Shown one piece after another: positions 53,050 through 64,000 of a DNA stretch of 64,000 bases. The DNA is taken from positions 32,578,431-32,642,430 of the forward strand of contig NC_068999.1 of assembly GCF_001194135.2 (NCBI RefSeq). The letters run 5' to 3'. The notes below the pieces were generated by a model that saw only the letters and a program-made list of their open reading frames with translations, did no database searches and had not been told where the DNA came from. The DNA comes from Octopus bimaculoides. Its lineage: Eukaryota. The translations under genes were made by a program, and so were the position numbers. Within the stretch, counting starts at the first letter, position 1; the number at the start of each line of letters is the position of its first letter.

Positions 53050-53310
53050 CCACCTGGTGCCTTATAGCTTGTTGTTTGTACACCTGGTATCTTGTAGTTA
53101 GTTATTAGTATACTTTGTGTCTTTTTGTTACAGCTGGTGTCTTGCAGTTGTTTGTACATCTGTGTCATATTAGTTACATTGTGTCTTCTCGTTAGTTACT
53201 AGTACACCTGGTGTCATGTCAATAGTTATTATTACAACTGGTGTTTTGCAGTTAATTGAGTTGCTTTGTATCATTAGTTATTAATGCACCTGATGTATGA
53301 GAGTTCGTTG
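53050..53310. repeat. Degenerate minisatellite (~28 bp)
   Basis: Recurring TACACCTGGTGTCTTG(C/T)AGTT, about 9 copies. Confidence 0.65.
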
Positions 53311-53927
53311 TGAGTTCTCTTCGTGTGTTGTAGTGAGTTGTGAGTACATAATTTGTTTTGTTGCTTCTCTAACTTGAGAGAAGAAACCTTATCAGACCAA
53401 TGCAAAGGACAGTTAAAATGTAATAATTACATTGAAATGTAAATTACATAATTAGAGCTACTATTTATTGAGTTTTAATTTTTAAATTGAATTACTGTAG
53501 CAGAAATTATATAAAATTATACTGGAGTTAATTACTGTAACTAAGGTAACAATTTAGTGTGGTCGGGGTTGGTGAGGTGGGTGCACACACAGTTTATCTG
53601 TGTCAGTATAGCACAATATTGTTACTTGGTGTCAGTATGGTTCACTACTGTTGTCTTCTGTTAGTTTTAGATACTGCTGCTACCTAGTGTAAATATGAAT
53701 CACTGCTGTCACATGGTGTGGGTGTTAAGGTTATTCACTGTTTAAGGTGGTGGTGGTGAACAGAACATTGCTAAATATGATGTTCTAAACTCTAAACACC
53801 ATATACATACACACAATCACACACACACATATATATGGAGAGATATACATTATATGTGTGTGTGTGTGTGTGCATTACATTTTGTTATCAAAATTTAATA
53901 GAATTTACAGACATAATTCAATCTTTC

Positions 53928-54915
53928 CTATGAATACCTATTTTCAAAGTGATGATTATTTTGGTCCAAACAATGCTGATAGCATGAAGTAATGGATTCG
54001 GAAACATCAAGAAACACTTTGTTCAGTATTTGTATGAATTCTCATTCAATGACTACCCCCAATTCATCACCTGTTGCTGCCTTTGTACCGTAAACTTTAT
54101 CTTTTAAGGTAAAAGAGACTAGTTGTGTGAGACTCAGTGTATGTGGGGTGTATTCTAATAAACCTTGTCATTCCAACCCACCTGTTTGGTAAAATCTCAT
54201 CAATGTAGGCTCTTACATTACTATAGTAGAGTGGAGATGTCTGATCTTGCTGGAAATAAAATTCTGTGACTTCAAAATTTTCTTGAAATGCTTGGCATGA
54301 GAGATTGTTGCAACAAGTTCAGTATATGGGACCAGTCACAATACCACCAAAAAGAAAGGTTCAATTAATCTTTTTAATAGGCCACACCATACTATAACTC
54401 CTAGTAAATTAACATGAGGTTCCTCCATAATATACATATTTTTACATCTTCAGTAAATGCAATTGTGGCAGTTAATTAGGCCATTTAATTTAAATATAGC
54501 CACATCACTCCAAACAAACTTCATTGGAAAGTGTGCATCTTCTACACATCTTGCCAAGTATCACTTGTAAGACTCAACCCTTTGGTCTGGAGCATCTCTA
54601 TTGAGAATATAGATTATTCAATGAAAATTCTTCAAGATGTAGTGAATACTTGATCTCACCATTCTCTTGTCATACAGATTTTTTTGAATTCTGGTAATAT
54701 TTATGCAATGCCTCTTCTTAGTTTGTGAAGTACTTAGATTCCCATGGTCTTGTTGACATTCTGAATAGTTACATCTGCTGCAAACTTGCCTCTAATCTAA
54801 ATGATGGTAAATTGTGTGGGTGGATTTACTTGACTCCACCTCCTAAACTGTCTTTGCACTTCGACTGCATTTTTAAAAAATTCATTGTTATCCACATTTA
54901 CAGCATATTGTGAAT
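53928..54915 (-). pseudogene. Near-full-length mariner-superfamily transposase pseudogene, DD41D (rosa)-like
   Basis: Minus-strand translation across stops and frameshifts: KNAVEVQRQF..PPT..IRGKF; [22 protein letters not shown] (D at 54504-06); FYFQQDQ..YYSNVRAYIDEILPNRWVG (D at 54244-46); LKDKVY; HCLDQNNHHFEN. TIRs not found. Confidence 0.85.
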
Positions 54916-55823
54916 CTTCAAGTTGTTAAACCACTTGGTAAAGTGTCTTATGGTATTTATTGTAGCTCTTTACATTCTGATTTCAAAGCTCACCATGGCC
55001 TACTTGAGTGATAGACTTTTTCCATCATCTAGTTTACCATCACCATCTCTACACCCTTGGCTGCCTTTACCAGAAGTGTTCACTTTCTCGCAAGCTTTCA
55101 AGCCAGGCCTCCCATTTGATAACTCCCTACCTCCCTCTCTTCACTGTTCCTGGAGAGCCCAGAAAGGGCCATGAGTATTGTTTTCTCTCCTCAAGAAAAG
55201 AGCCATGAGCATTGTTTTCTCTCCTCACTAAGCAATAAGAAAAATGGTCTTCAAGTTTCATCTCCATCCACAAGGACAGGCATCAATTGTCTCCCAGTGG
55301 AAAGAAGAAATTTTGTGAATGCCACTAGCAATACTATCACTTCTCCTCCTTCTCCTCTCACTAATTTATTAAACAAAACAAAAACAAACAAAAAAAAACA
55401 TCAGAGTACTTCATTATTGCATAAATCAGTCATAAATATCAGAGACTTCACTACCAAAACCCATAAATGCTGCTATAAACTGGTAAAACTTCAATCTAAA
55501 CTCTATAGAATTTTCAGCACAGTTTAAGTGCAATCACAATACTTCTGTCATTATAGCCACTACATCACAGCAACATGGTTTCTTTATGTCATTTCTAACA
55601 ATGTCTTTTACAGTTATTGGTTGATTTGATAGCAGCAAAATTATTTTTATTGAATCAATGTTGAAGTTTGTGTGTATGCATGGTTACACACTCCTATGTA
55701 CATATATGTACATATCACAATATCACAATATATGTGTGTGTGTGTGTGTGTGTGTGCATGCGTACACACACGCATGTGTGCATGCATACATTCATGTATA
55801 CATACTCAACATGTCTGTATGTA

Positions 55824-55886
<63 letters not shown>

Positions 55887-56317
55887 TTGTAAGTATACAC
55901 ATGTACACATTTGATAGGGCATAAATTTTTCTATATTTGGAGAAAAGTTTTTAGCTTTAAATTTTCTTTTATCTGGTTCTGTCAAAACCATTTTTGTGAA
56001 TAATAAATATTTGGTAGACAGGTTCCGATCGGAGGAGGTTTCTATGATACACTCCATGTCAAACTGATTTTTCCTGAAATACAGTCTGAAATGAGAAAAA
56101 TGAAACAAAAAGCTGACTATCAAACTGTCTTTATCAGTTTGTCCATTAAAAAGTGAGGTGTTTTATGAATATTATCTCTCATGTCCCAATATTATTATGT
56201 TGTATAGCATTAACTGCTGTATGAACTCTTACTAACTGTATTTACAACAACACTAAAACAATTTATAGCTTGTAATATTTTCTTAGAGTGTTGTTGTTGT
56301 TGTTATTATTATTATTA

Positions 56318-56366
<49 letters not shown>

Positions 56367-56369
<3 letters not shown>

Positions 56370-57175
56370 GAAAAAGGCAGTGAGCTAGCAGAATCATTAG
56401 AGCATTGGTAAAATGCTTGGTGGTATTTGTTCTGGCTCTTAGCATTCTGAGTTCAATTCCCACTGAGGTCAACTCTACCTTTCATCCCTCCAGGTTCAAT
56501 AAAACAAAATACCTGCTAAGTACTGAAATTGATGTAATCAACTACCCACTCTCCCCAACCTTTAAAAATTGCTGGCCTTGTGCTAAAATTTGAAACAAAC
56601 GTGGTGAGCTGGTAAAATTGTTGCCCGTTAGACAAAATGCTTAATAATGTTTATTCTGGCTCTTTGTGTTCTGAATTCAAATTCCACTGAGGTCAACTTT
56701 GCTTTCAACCCGTTTGGAGCACTGGGATTGATGTAATTAACTAGCCTCCTCATCCAAATTCTAGGCTTTGTGCCTATGATAGAAAGAATTATCATTATAA
56801 TTAGTAATGGTTTTATTATAAAGCAGAACTGTTAGTGTGTTGGGCAAGATACCTTAAAATATTTAGTTATAGCCCTTTACATTCTGAGTTGAAATCCCAC
56901 CGAAGTTAATGTCGCTTCCCACCTTTCCAGGGTTGATAACATTTAGCATCATTGAAGTTCTGGGCTTGAACTTATTGACTACCCACTCCTCTCCTCAAAA
57001 TTATTTGCTCTTTATAGGAAATTACGGTGGATTGGTAACATCATTGAAAAGCTGAACAAAATGCTTTGCAATATTCTGTTTTATGAGTGCAAATCCTGTC
57101 ATGGTAAACTTTACTTTTCATTCTTTTGTGGTCAATAAAATAAAGTACTACTCAAGTGTTGGGGTCAATTTAACG
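56367..57175 (+). mobile_element. Head-to-tail array of 4 SINE-B copies following (ATT)n
   Basis: Heads at ~56367, ~56600, ~56822 and ~57025, each followed by the GAGTT(C/G)AAA..GGTCAACTTT core. Confidence 0.8.
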
Positions 57176-57315
57176 TATAGCATTGTTAGCTATTCTAAGG
57201 TCTTGGTAGCCTGGAGTAGACAATGCTTCACTGAAAAGGTTTAAAAAGACTGAAATATGCATGGGGTTGTTATCATATCTACAAACAATCAATCCCACTC
57301 CTACCTTTCCTATCT

Positions 57316-57670
57316 TATATCTTTTACTTGTTTTAGTTATTAGACTGGCCATGCTGGGGCACCACCTTGCAGAATTTTAGTCAAACAAATTGACCCCTGT
57401 ACCTTTTTTTTTTTGTGAAGCCTGGTATTTATTCTATCAGTCTTTTTTGCCAAATTGCTAAGTCACAGGAATGTAAACACCAACAATATTGGGGGACAAG
57501 TACATACAATAAACACACACACATACACTCACAATGGGTTTCTTTTCAGTTTTCATCTACCAAATCTGGTCAAGGCTATTGCAGAAGACACTTTCCCAAG
57601 GTGTCACACAGTGGGACTGAACCCAGAATCATGTGGTAGGGAAGAAAACTTCTTACCACACAGCTATGCC
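57316..57670 (-). mobile_element. SINE-A
   Basis: Full reverse-complement copy. Confidence 0.8.
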
Positions 57671-57981
57671 TGCATCTATGTTTATATCTGTTTACATTTT
57701 GGTTGGGCAAAGTTTTGGGAGTTCTCTTTTTGGCATCTTTTATAATATTTTCATCAATACTAATGATTTTTTTCTTCTCATTACGTTTATTTTAATTGTT
57801 TAAAAATAATTGTTGGCCTACAATATTAAATGTTGGCCTTATAGCTTTTGTTATGCTATACATAAAAATAACCATAAATGATGGTGTCAAAGTGTTGTTT
57901 ATTCTGTGTCAGTCATCTACAGCATGAGAGAGAGAATATGCTCAGCCATTTATGCTCAGATCTTGTCTGCTTGCCTAACCA

Positions 57982-58157
57982 CAAGTCCCTTCTCTGCAGA
58001 CCAGCACAATAACTAGTCTGCAGTGAAGGCCCTTGCCCATGAACTCATAAAAGATGAACTGTAAACAAGGACTTTCACTGCAGACCAGCTCAAAAACTAG
58101 TCTGCAGTGAAGGTCCTTGTCTGCCGTTTGTCTCTTAGGAGTTCATGGACAGTGCCC
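57982..58157. other. Duplicated pre-miRNA-sized hairpin
   Basis: Hairpins at 57982-58035 and 58066-58119 (23-nt arms, 8-nt loops); the second stem extends to ~58028/58157. Confidence 0.8.
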
Positions 58158-58471
58158 TACAGCTTACCACAATAATGATAAGTTCATAATGTAGAAGTCA
58201 CATGAAACCAGTGTCATTCATCAATTTTTCTGTTTGTTTCTCTTTGATATAATTCAATATTTTAATGGATTATGATTTTTAGCATTTTGTTTCCTTTGTT
58301 TCTCTGTTCATTCTTTTGTTTATCAATCAGCCATTATAGGATTTCATTTGCACAGATTCCTTGATGCTGTTGTATTACTGACCAGTTACACACTCTTCTT
58401 TTTTTATCTACCCATCTATTTTTTAATAATATGTCTAAACAACATACCATAATGATATATAGTATTTTATA

Positions 58472-58642
58472 CGTATGGCTGCGTGGTAAGAAGCTTACTT
58501 CCCAATCACTTTCAGGCTCAGTCCCACCATGTGGCACCTTCGGTTAGTATTTTCTACTATAGCCTTAGGCTGACCAAAAAGTTGTGAGTGGATTTGGTAG
58601 ACAGAAACTGAATGAAACCCATCGTGTGTATATGTATGTATG

Positions 58643-58675
<33 letters not shown>

Positions 58676-58791
58676 GGGGGTGGTCTGTGTTTATCTTTCA
58701 CCACCACTTGACAACCAATTTGTTCCACTAAAACCCTGGAAGGTGGTGCCCCAGCATAGCTTCAGTCAAATAATTGAAACAAGGAAAAGAT
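58472..58791 (+). mobile_element. SINE-A
   Basis: Head TGGCTGCGTGGTAAG, core and tail. Confidence 0.8.
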
Positions 58792-58907
58792 NNNNNNNNN
58801 NNNNNNNNNNNNNNNNNNNNNNNNNNNNNNNNNNNNNNNNNNNNNNNNNNNNNNNNNNNNNNNNNNNNNNNNNNNNNNNNNNNNNNNNNNNNNNNNNNNN
58901 NNNNNNN

Positions 58908-58938
<31 letters not shown>

Positions 58939-58989
58939 TTGTGTGTGTGTGTGTGTGTGTCTGTCTGTCTGTCTGTCTTTGTATATGTA

Positions 58990-59255
58990 CATCACGATTA
59001 TCATTTTATGCTCACTTCTCCATACTTACTTGGGTTGGATTAGTCTTCACTAGCACAGCGTACCACAATTTCTTGCAGCCATTTGTCATCTCCTTTGCAA
59101 GGTTCAGGTTATTGAGATCAGTTTTTGCCACTTCTCGTAACTTCCTTGGATTTTCACTTCCATAGATTTTTCCCATTTGAATCACTTAACACTTTCTTCC
59201 CCAACAGTCATCATGCAGACTTATCACATATTTGTATCAATTGATTCTGTTGATT
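58990..59255 (-). mobile_element. Older RTE LINE C-terminal fragment
   Basis: HDDCWGRKC*..NPRKLREVAKTDLNNLNL..LWYAVLVKT parallels the RTE C-terminus seen at 59345-59560. Confidence 0.6.
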
Positions 59256-59344
59256 CTTCTTTCAGCTAACTTGTACTCTCTTTGTCATGTACATTTACAT
59301 ACACCCAGTGAAGAATACTTGATTCATTTCCTTCCAGGCTTACA

Positions 59345-60857
59345 TATACCTGGTCACAAGTCATTGCCTCGGTGAGGCCTGTTTGAAGGTCATGCTTCAC
59401 CACCTCATCCCAGGTCTTCCTGGGTCTACCTCTTCCACAGGTTCCCTCAACCGCTAGGGTGTGGCACTTTTTCACACAGCTATCCTCATCCATTCTCACC
59501 ACATGACCATATCAGTGCAATCGTCTCTCTTGCACACCACAACTGATGCTTCTTAGGTCCAACTTTTCTCTCAAGGTACTTACACTCTGTCGAGTATGCA
59601 CACTGACATTACACATCCATCGAAGAAATACTAGCTTCATTCCTTGTGAGCTTATGCATGTCCTCAGCAGTCACGGCCCATGTTTCACTGCCATGTAGCA
59701 TGGCTGTTCATACACGTGCATCATACAGTCTGCTTTTTACTCTGAGTGAGAGGCCCTTAATCGCCAGCAGGGGTAAGAGCTTTCTGAACTTTGCCCAGGC
59801 TATTCTTATTCTAGCAGCTACACTTTCAGCGCACACTCCCCCATTACTAACTTGGTCACCTAGATAGCAGAAGCTATCAACTACATCTAGTTTTTCTCCC
59901 TGGAATGTGGCAGAAGTTGTTTTCAGTGTTTTTTGCTCCTGAACATCTGCCACATACAAAAACTAACTTCCTAGTTAACCTTCCTTCGATATTGTTGCAC
60001 CTCTTATGTGTCCATAGCTTACACTGGGTACATCTTATAGAGTTTCTACCTATGCCTTTTCTACAGATCGAGCAGGGTCATCTACCTGAAGGGGTTTGTG
60101 TTTTGTCTACCTTCCCACTTATTAGGACTTTGGTTTTAGCTAGGTTGACTCTAAGACCCTTCAATTCTAGTCCTTGCTTCTACACCTGAAACTTCTCTAG
60201 TTCTGATAGTGACTCAGCAATTACCTCAAGGTCATCAGCATAGAGGATCTCCCAGGGGCATCCTGTCTTGAATTGGTGTGTTATTTCCTGGAAGACTATG
60301 ATAAATAGGAGGGGGCTGAGGACTGAACCTTGGTGGACCCCTACCTTTACTCAGAATTCTTCACTGTACTCATTGCCAACCCTCACCTTACTGACAGCAT
60401 CTCTGTACATGGCTCGCACAGCTCTCACTAACCATTCTTCTATCCCTAGTTTCCTCATTGACCACCAGATAAGGGACCGGAGAACCCTGTCAAAGGCTTT
60501 CTCCATGTCAACGAAAGCCGGTGCTTTTCCCTGGCAGAACCCAAATTGCATCTCATCTAAACTGACTCCCTAATTAGTTGGGCTATGACCCTCTCCGTGA
60601 CTTTCATTACCTTATCCAACAACTTAATACCTCTGTAATTTTTTGTATCTAAAGCATCACCTTTACCTTTGTAGCAGTTGACTATGGTGCTGCTACACCA
60701 GTCATTGGGTATGACTCTTTCGTGTATCACCTGATTAACAATACGGTTGACTAGGTTATAACTGACACTGCCAGATATTTTGAGCATCTCTGCAGTGATT
60801 CCTGATGGGCCGGGGCCTTTCCTTGTCTTCATACTCTTAATTGCTTTATCTACCATG
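59345..60857 (-). mobile_element. RTE-clade LINE, 5'-truncated, decayed reverse transcriptase
   Basis: KGPGPSGITAEMLK..NYRGIKLL; QFGF; DMEKAFDRV; HQGSVLSPLLF; LYADD (YADD at 60231-42); FCYLG; GHVVRM..GRGRPRKTW; stops, frameshifts and an internal deletion. Confidence 0.95.
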
Positions 60858-60867
60858 GTATATATAA

Positions 60868-60899
<32 letters not shown>

Positions 60900-61723
60900 N
60901 NNNNNNNNNNNNNNNNNNNNNNNNNNNNNNNNNNNNNNNNNNNNNNNNNNNNNNNNNNNNNNNNNNNNNNNNNNNNNNNNNNNNNNNNNNNNNNNNNNNN
61001 NNNNNNNNNNNNNNNNNNNNNNNNNNNNNNNNNNNNNNNNNNNNNNNNNNNNNNNNNNNNNNNNNNNNNNNNNNNNNNNNNNNNNNNNNNNNNNNNNNNN
61101 NNNNNNNNNNNNNNNNNNNNNNNNNNNNNNNNNNNNNNNNNNNNNNNNNNNNNNNNNNNNNNNNNNNNNNNNNNNNNNNNNNNNNNNNNNNNNNNNNNNN
61201 NNNNNNNNNNNNNNNNNNNNNNNNNNNNNNNNNNNNNNNNNNNNNNNNNNNNNNNNNNNNNNNNNNNNNNNNNNNNNNNNNNNNNNNNNNNNNNNNNNNN
61301 NNNNNNNNNNNNNNNNNNNNNNNNNNNNNNNNNNNNNNNNNNNNNNNNNNNNNNNNNNNNNNNNNNNNNNNNNNNNNNNNNNNNNNNNNNNNNNNNNNNN
61401 NNNNNNTTTTTTTTATTTTATTTAAAAGAGTTCCAACTCTGTCTGATTTTTATGTTTTATTTATATTCTTGTAAAATTAATGTGGGATATAGAATATGGA
61501 ATATATAATATATAATATAAAAATGGATGGTACAATAAAATGAAGTATTGAATGTCTTATTGAATATATGGAATATGTCTTATTGAATATATGAAATATT
61601 GAGTGTTCAATATAAAAGATTAAATATATAAAGGCGAATACGTATTTTCAATACCTTGTGGTATTTCATCATGGCCGGTATTTGACAGTCTGTTACATTG
61701 ATCGCTTTACTAAAAACTGCATA

Positions 61724-62230
61724 TGGTATGGGTTATTTCCCTTAGGTTGTTTAAATAAAATATAAGTAATATGTAGAAGATAGAGGGGCCCTGTTATCTA
61801 TTTTTTTCAACGATATAAGTATCTCACAAGGTTTCCAGACATGAGTTCTACTGTTGTGTCAAAGTATAAAGGTGATATTGTCTGCAAAAATTAGAAATAG
61901 GACATACAAAAATCAATATTCAATGTAACTGAACATAAATAATGAAATGGGTTATTTCCCTTGAGCGTTTCAAAATATATTGTGTAGGTGCTATGAGTTA
62001 TTTCCCTTGGGTGTTAAAAAAAATTTGTTATATGAGGTAGATATAAAGTTCCCTTCCAGCGGCCGTATTATAGATTTTTTCAATAATCTAAGTATGTCAT
62101 GATGTTTCCAGAAATGAGTTCTTCTCGGGTGTCAAGTTTCATCAAAATCAATAAGACAATGTAGGAGTTAGCTAACAATGCCACAAACAAACACACCAAT
62201 TTTCCACGTATGTGGTAGATATGTATGTAC
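61724..62230 (+). repeat. Left arm (61895-62230) plus partial tandem copy (61724-61870) of an inverted-repeat family
   Basis: GGGTTATTTCCCTT motifs and TTCCAGA(C/A)ATGAGTTC segments; inverted match to 63635-63975. Confidence 0.8.
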
Positions 62231-62241
62231 ATACATGTATA

Positions 62242-62305
<64 letters not shown>

Positions 62306-62394
62306 TATCTATATATATATGTATGTATATCTATATACATATGTATATATATACATATGTATGTGCATATGTATGTATATGTATATACATATCT

Positions 62395-62448
<54 letters not shown>

Positions 62449-62467
62449 ATATGTATATATGTATATA

Positions 62468-62815
62468 TATGGTGGTTGTCTATTCCTTATGCATAGTTTC
62501 ACCACCTCCTGTACCTACACCTTAGGACTATCATGTCATCTGATGTGGCTTTTTAAACGAGACAATGTTTTGAAAAGACATGTACGTAGATTGCATATCC
62601 AATTTGGACCACTAAGAGCTGCAGTTAAGTTCTGATATTTGTGCATCTTAAAATGTCTTATGAGACCTCTTTTAGATTTGCAGACATATAGGCAGAATAG
62701 TTGGTGTAGGCTTGTTTCCAATGGGTTGGGAAATAAGATTTGATTCCAGCAAAAGAGAAGCATGGTTTGTCACAAACTGTGCACATAAAAAGGTCATTGT
62801 GATGCACCTTGATTG
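62468..62815 (-). mobile_element. RTE (BovB-like) LINE 3' end with three C2H2-like motifs
   Basis: CTVCDKPCFSFAGIKSYFPTH; CLYVCKSKRGLIRHFKMH; [20 protein letters not shown]; followed by a short tail and (TA)n. Confidence 0.6.
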
Positions 62816-63048
62816 TAACAAGTTTTGCACCTGGCTCAATCTGATCTGGCAAAGTCTCTGTAGCTGGATGCCCTTTTTAATTCCAACCACTCCGAGAGTG
62901 TAGTGGGTGCTTTTTACGTGCCACTGGCATGTGGGCCAGTGAGGTGGTTCTGGCAACGACTACGCTCAAAAGGTGTTTTTACGAGCTCTTCCACAGGTTC
63001 CCTCAACTGCTAGGGTGTGATACTTTTTCACACAGCTGTCCTCATTCC
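62816..63048 (-). mobile_element. RTE fragment (ORF tail fused to 3' UTR module)
   Basis: CTCTTCCACAGGTTCCCTCAAC..TAGGGTGTG matches 59430-59490 and is joined to the CTGGATGCCC..CCAACCAC tail module. Confidence 0.8.
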
Positions 63049-63058
63049 TTTGCAATAC

Positions 63059-63094
<36 letters not shown>

Positions 63095-63267
63095 GTGTGT
63101 GTGTGTGTATATATGTGTATGTATATGTATATGTGTATATATGTATATATATGTGTATATATGTGCATATATGTATATGTATATACATATATATGTGTGT
63201 ATATATGCATATATATATATGTATGTGTGTGTATATATGTATATATGTATATGTATATATATATGGC

Positions 63268-63502
63268 AGGACCCATTCCTGTAGAGAATGGTGACATCCT
63301 TGCCCCTTTTCTTTGTACTTTGCTGCTGCTTTTACTCATGCTTTTGCTAAGAATAGCTCTCTGGGAATATATGTCAGACATCGATCTTCTGGCCGCCTCT
63401 TTAATCTTCGATGATTTGCTATCAATTCAAAGGTTCTCCAGTCTATTATTTATGACCTCCTTTATGCAGATGACTGTGACTTAGTCGCTCATACAGTGGA
63501 TG
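63268..63502 (+). mobile_element. RTE (BovB-like) reverse transcriptase fragment
   Basis: [42 protein letters not shown] (YADD at 63463-74); runs into a gap. Confidence 0.85.
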
Positions 63503-63634
63503 NNNNNNNNNNNNNNNNNNNNNNNNNNNNNNNNNNNNNNNNNNNNNNNNNNNNNNNNNNNNNNNNNNNNNNNNNNNNNNNNNNNNNNNNNNNNNNNNNN
63601 NNGTGTCTTAAATGCAAAACTTTGGATATATATA

Positions 63635-63975
63635 CATATATATGTGCATATGTATCTACTACATATGTGGAAAACCGGTGTGTTTGTGGCATTGTTAGCT
63701 AACTCCTCGTACATCATTGTATTGATTTTGATGTAACTTGACAACTGTGTAGAACTCATGTCTGGAAGCCTCATGACATACTCAGATTTTTGAGAATATC
63801 AATAATATAGCCTCTGAAGGGACCTTTATATCTACTTTGTATAACTATTTTTTTTTAAACACCCAAGGGAAGTAACCCATAGCACCTGTGCATTTTGTTT
63901 TTTAAACTCTTAAGGGAAATAACCCATCTCAGTGTTTATGTTCGGTTACTTTGAATATTGATGTTTTTGTGTCCT
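63635..63975 (-). repeat. Right arm of inverted repeat
   Basis: Reverse complement of 61895-62230, roughly 75-80% identical by eye. Confidence 0.8.
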
Positions 63976-64000
63976 CCAACCATCTCTCCCTCCTGCAGCT

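Noticed and set aside
54950-55330. Possible LINE C-terminal remnant with a 31-bp duplication
   Set aside because: No diagnostic motif; only the short duplication is certain.
8248-63381. YI/CV/HT/ER-rich ORFs
   Set aside because: Translations of (TA)n, (TG)n, (CA)n and (GA)n microsatellites.
6997-63774. Long ORFs spanning N runs (gaps at 7137-7524, 12214-12223, 21718-21924, 24150-24575, 26876-27684, 36605-36683, 51578-51679, 58792-58907, 60900-61406, 63503-63602)
   Set aside because: They are open only because Ns and flanking dinucleotide repeats contain no stop codons.
1-64000. CRISPR arrays, operons, rRNA
   Set aside because: Eukaryotic repeat-rich DNA; the minisatellites have degenerate units without unique spacers, and no rRNA motifs were seen.

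Overview
AT-rich animal genomic scaffold with ten N-gaps, most flanked by microsatellites. The repeat families resemble those I recall from octopus/cephalopod genomes; this is recognition, not a database result. No host gene can be confidently named. Almost all supplied ORFs are microsatellite, gap or antisense artefacts. Identifiable content is transposon-derived: three decayed DNA transposase genes (Tc1, BED-finger hAT, near-full-length DD41D/rosa-like mariner), several MITEs, at least four SINE-like families (labelled here SINE-A to D), RTE LINE fragments and Penelope-like termini. Most notable signals: (1) several structurally different Penelope-like termini with minimal hammerhead-ribozyme cores, one with an intact core in permuted type II-like order; (2) a duplicated pre-miRNA-sized hairpin near 58 kb with one conserved arm; (3) long near-perfect palindromes; (4) head-to-tail SINE arrays; (5) an RTE C-terminus with three C2H2-like fingers inside an inverted-repeat composite; (6) a few candidate exons of unidentified genes. 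Coordinates of decayed repeats are approximate and identities were estimated by eye.
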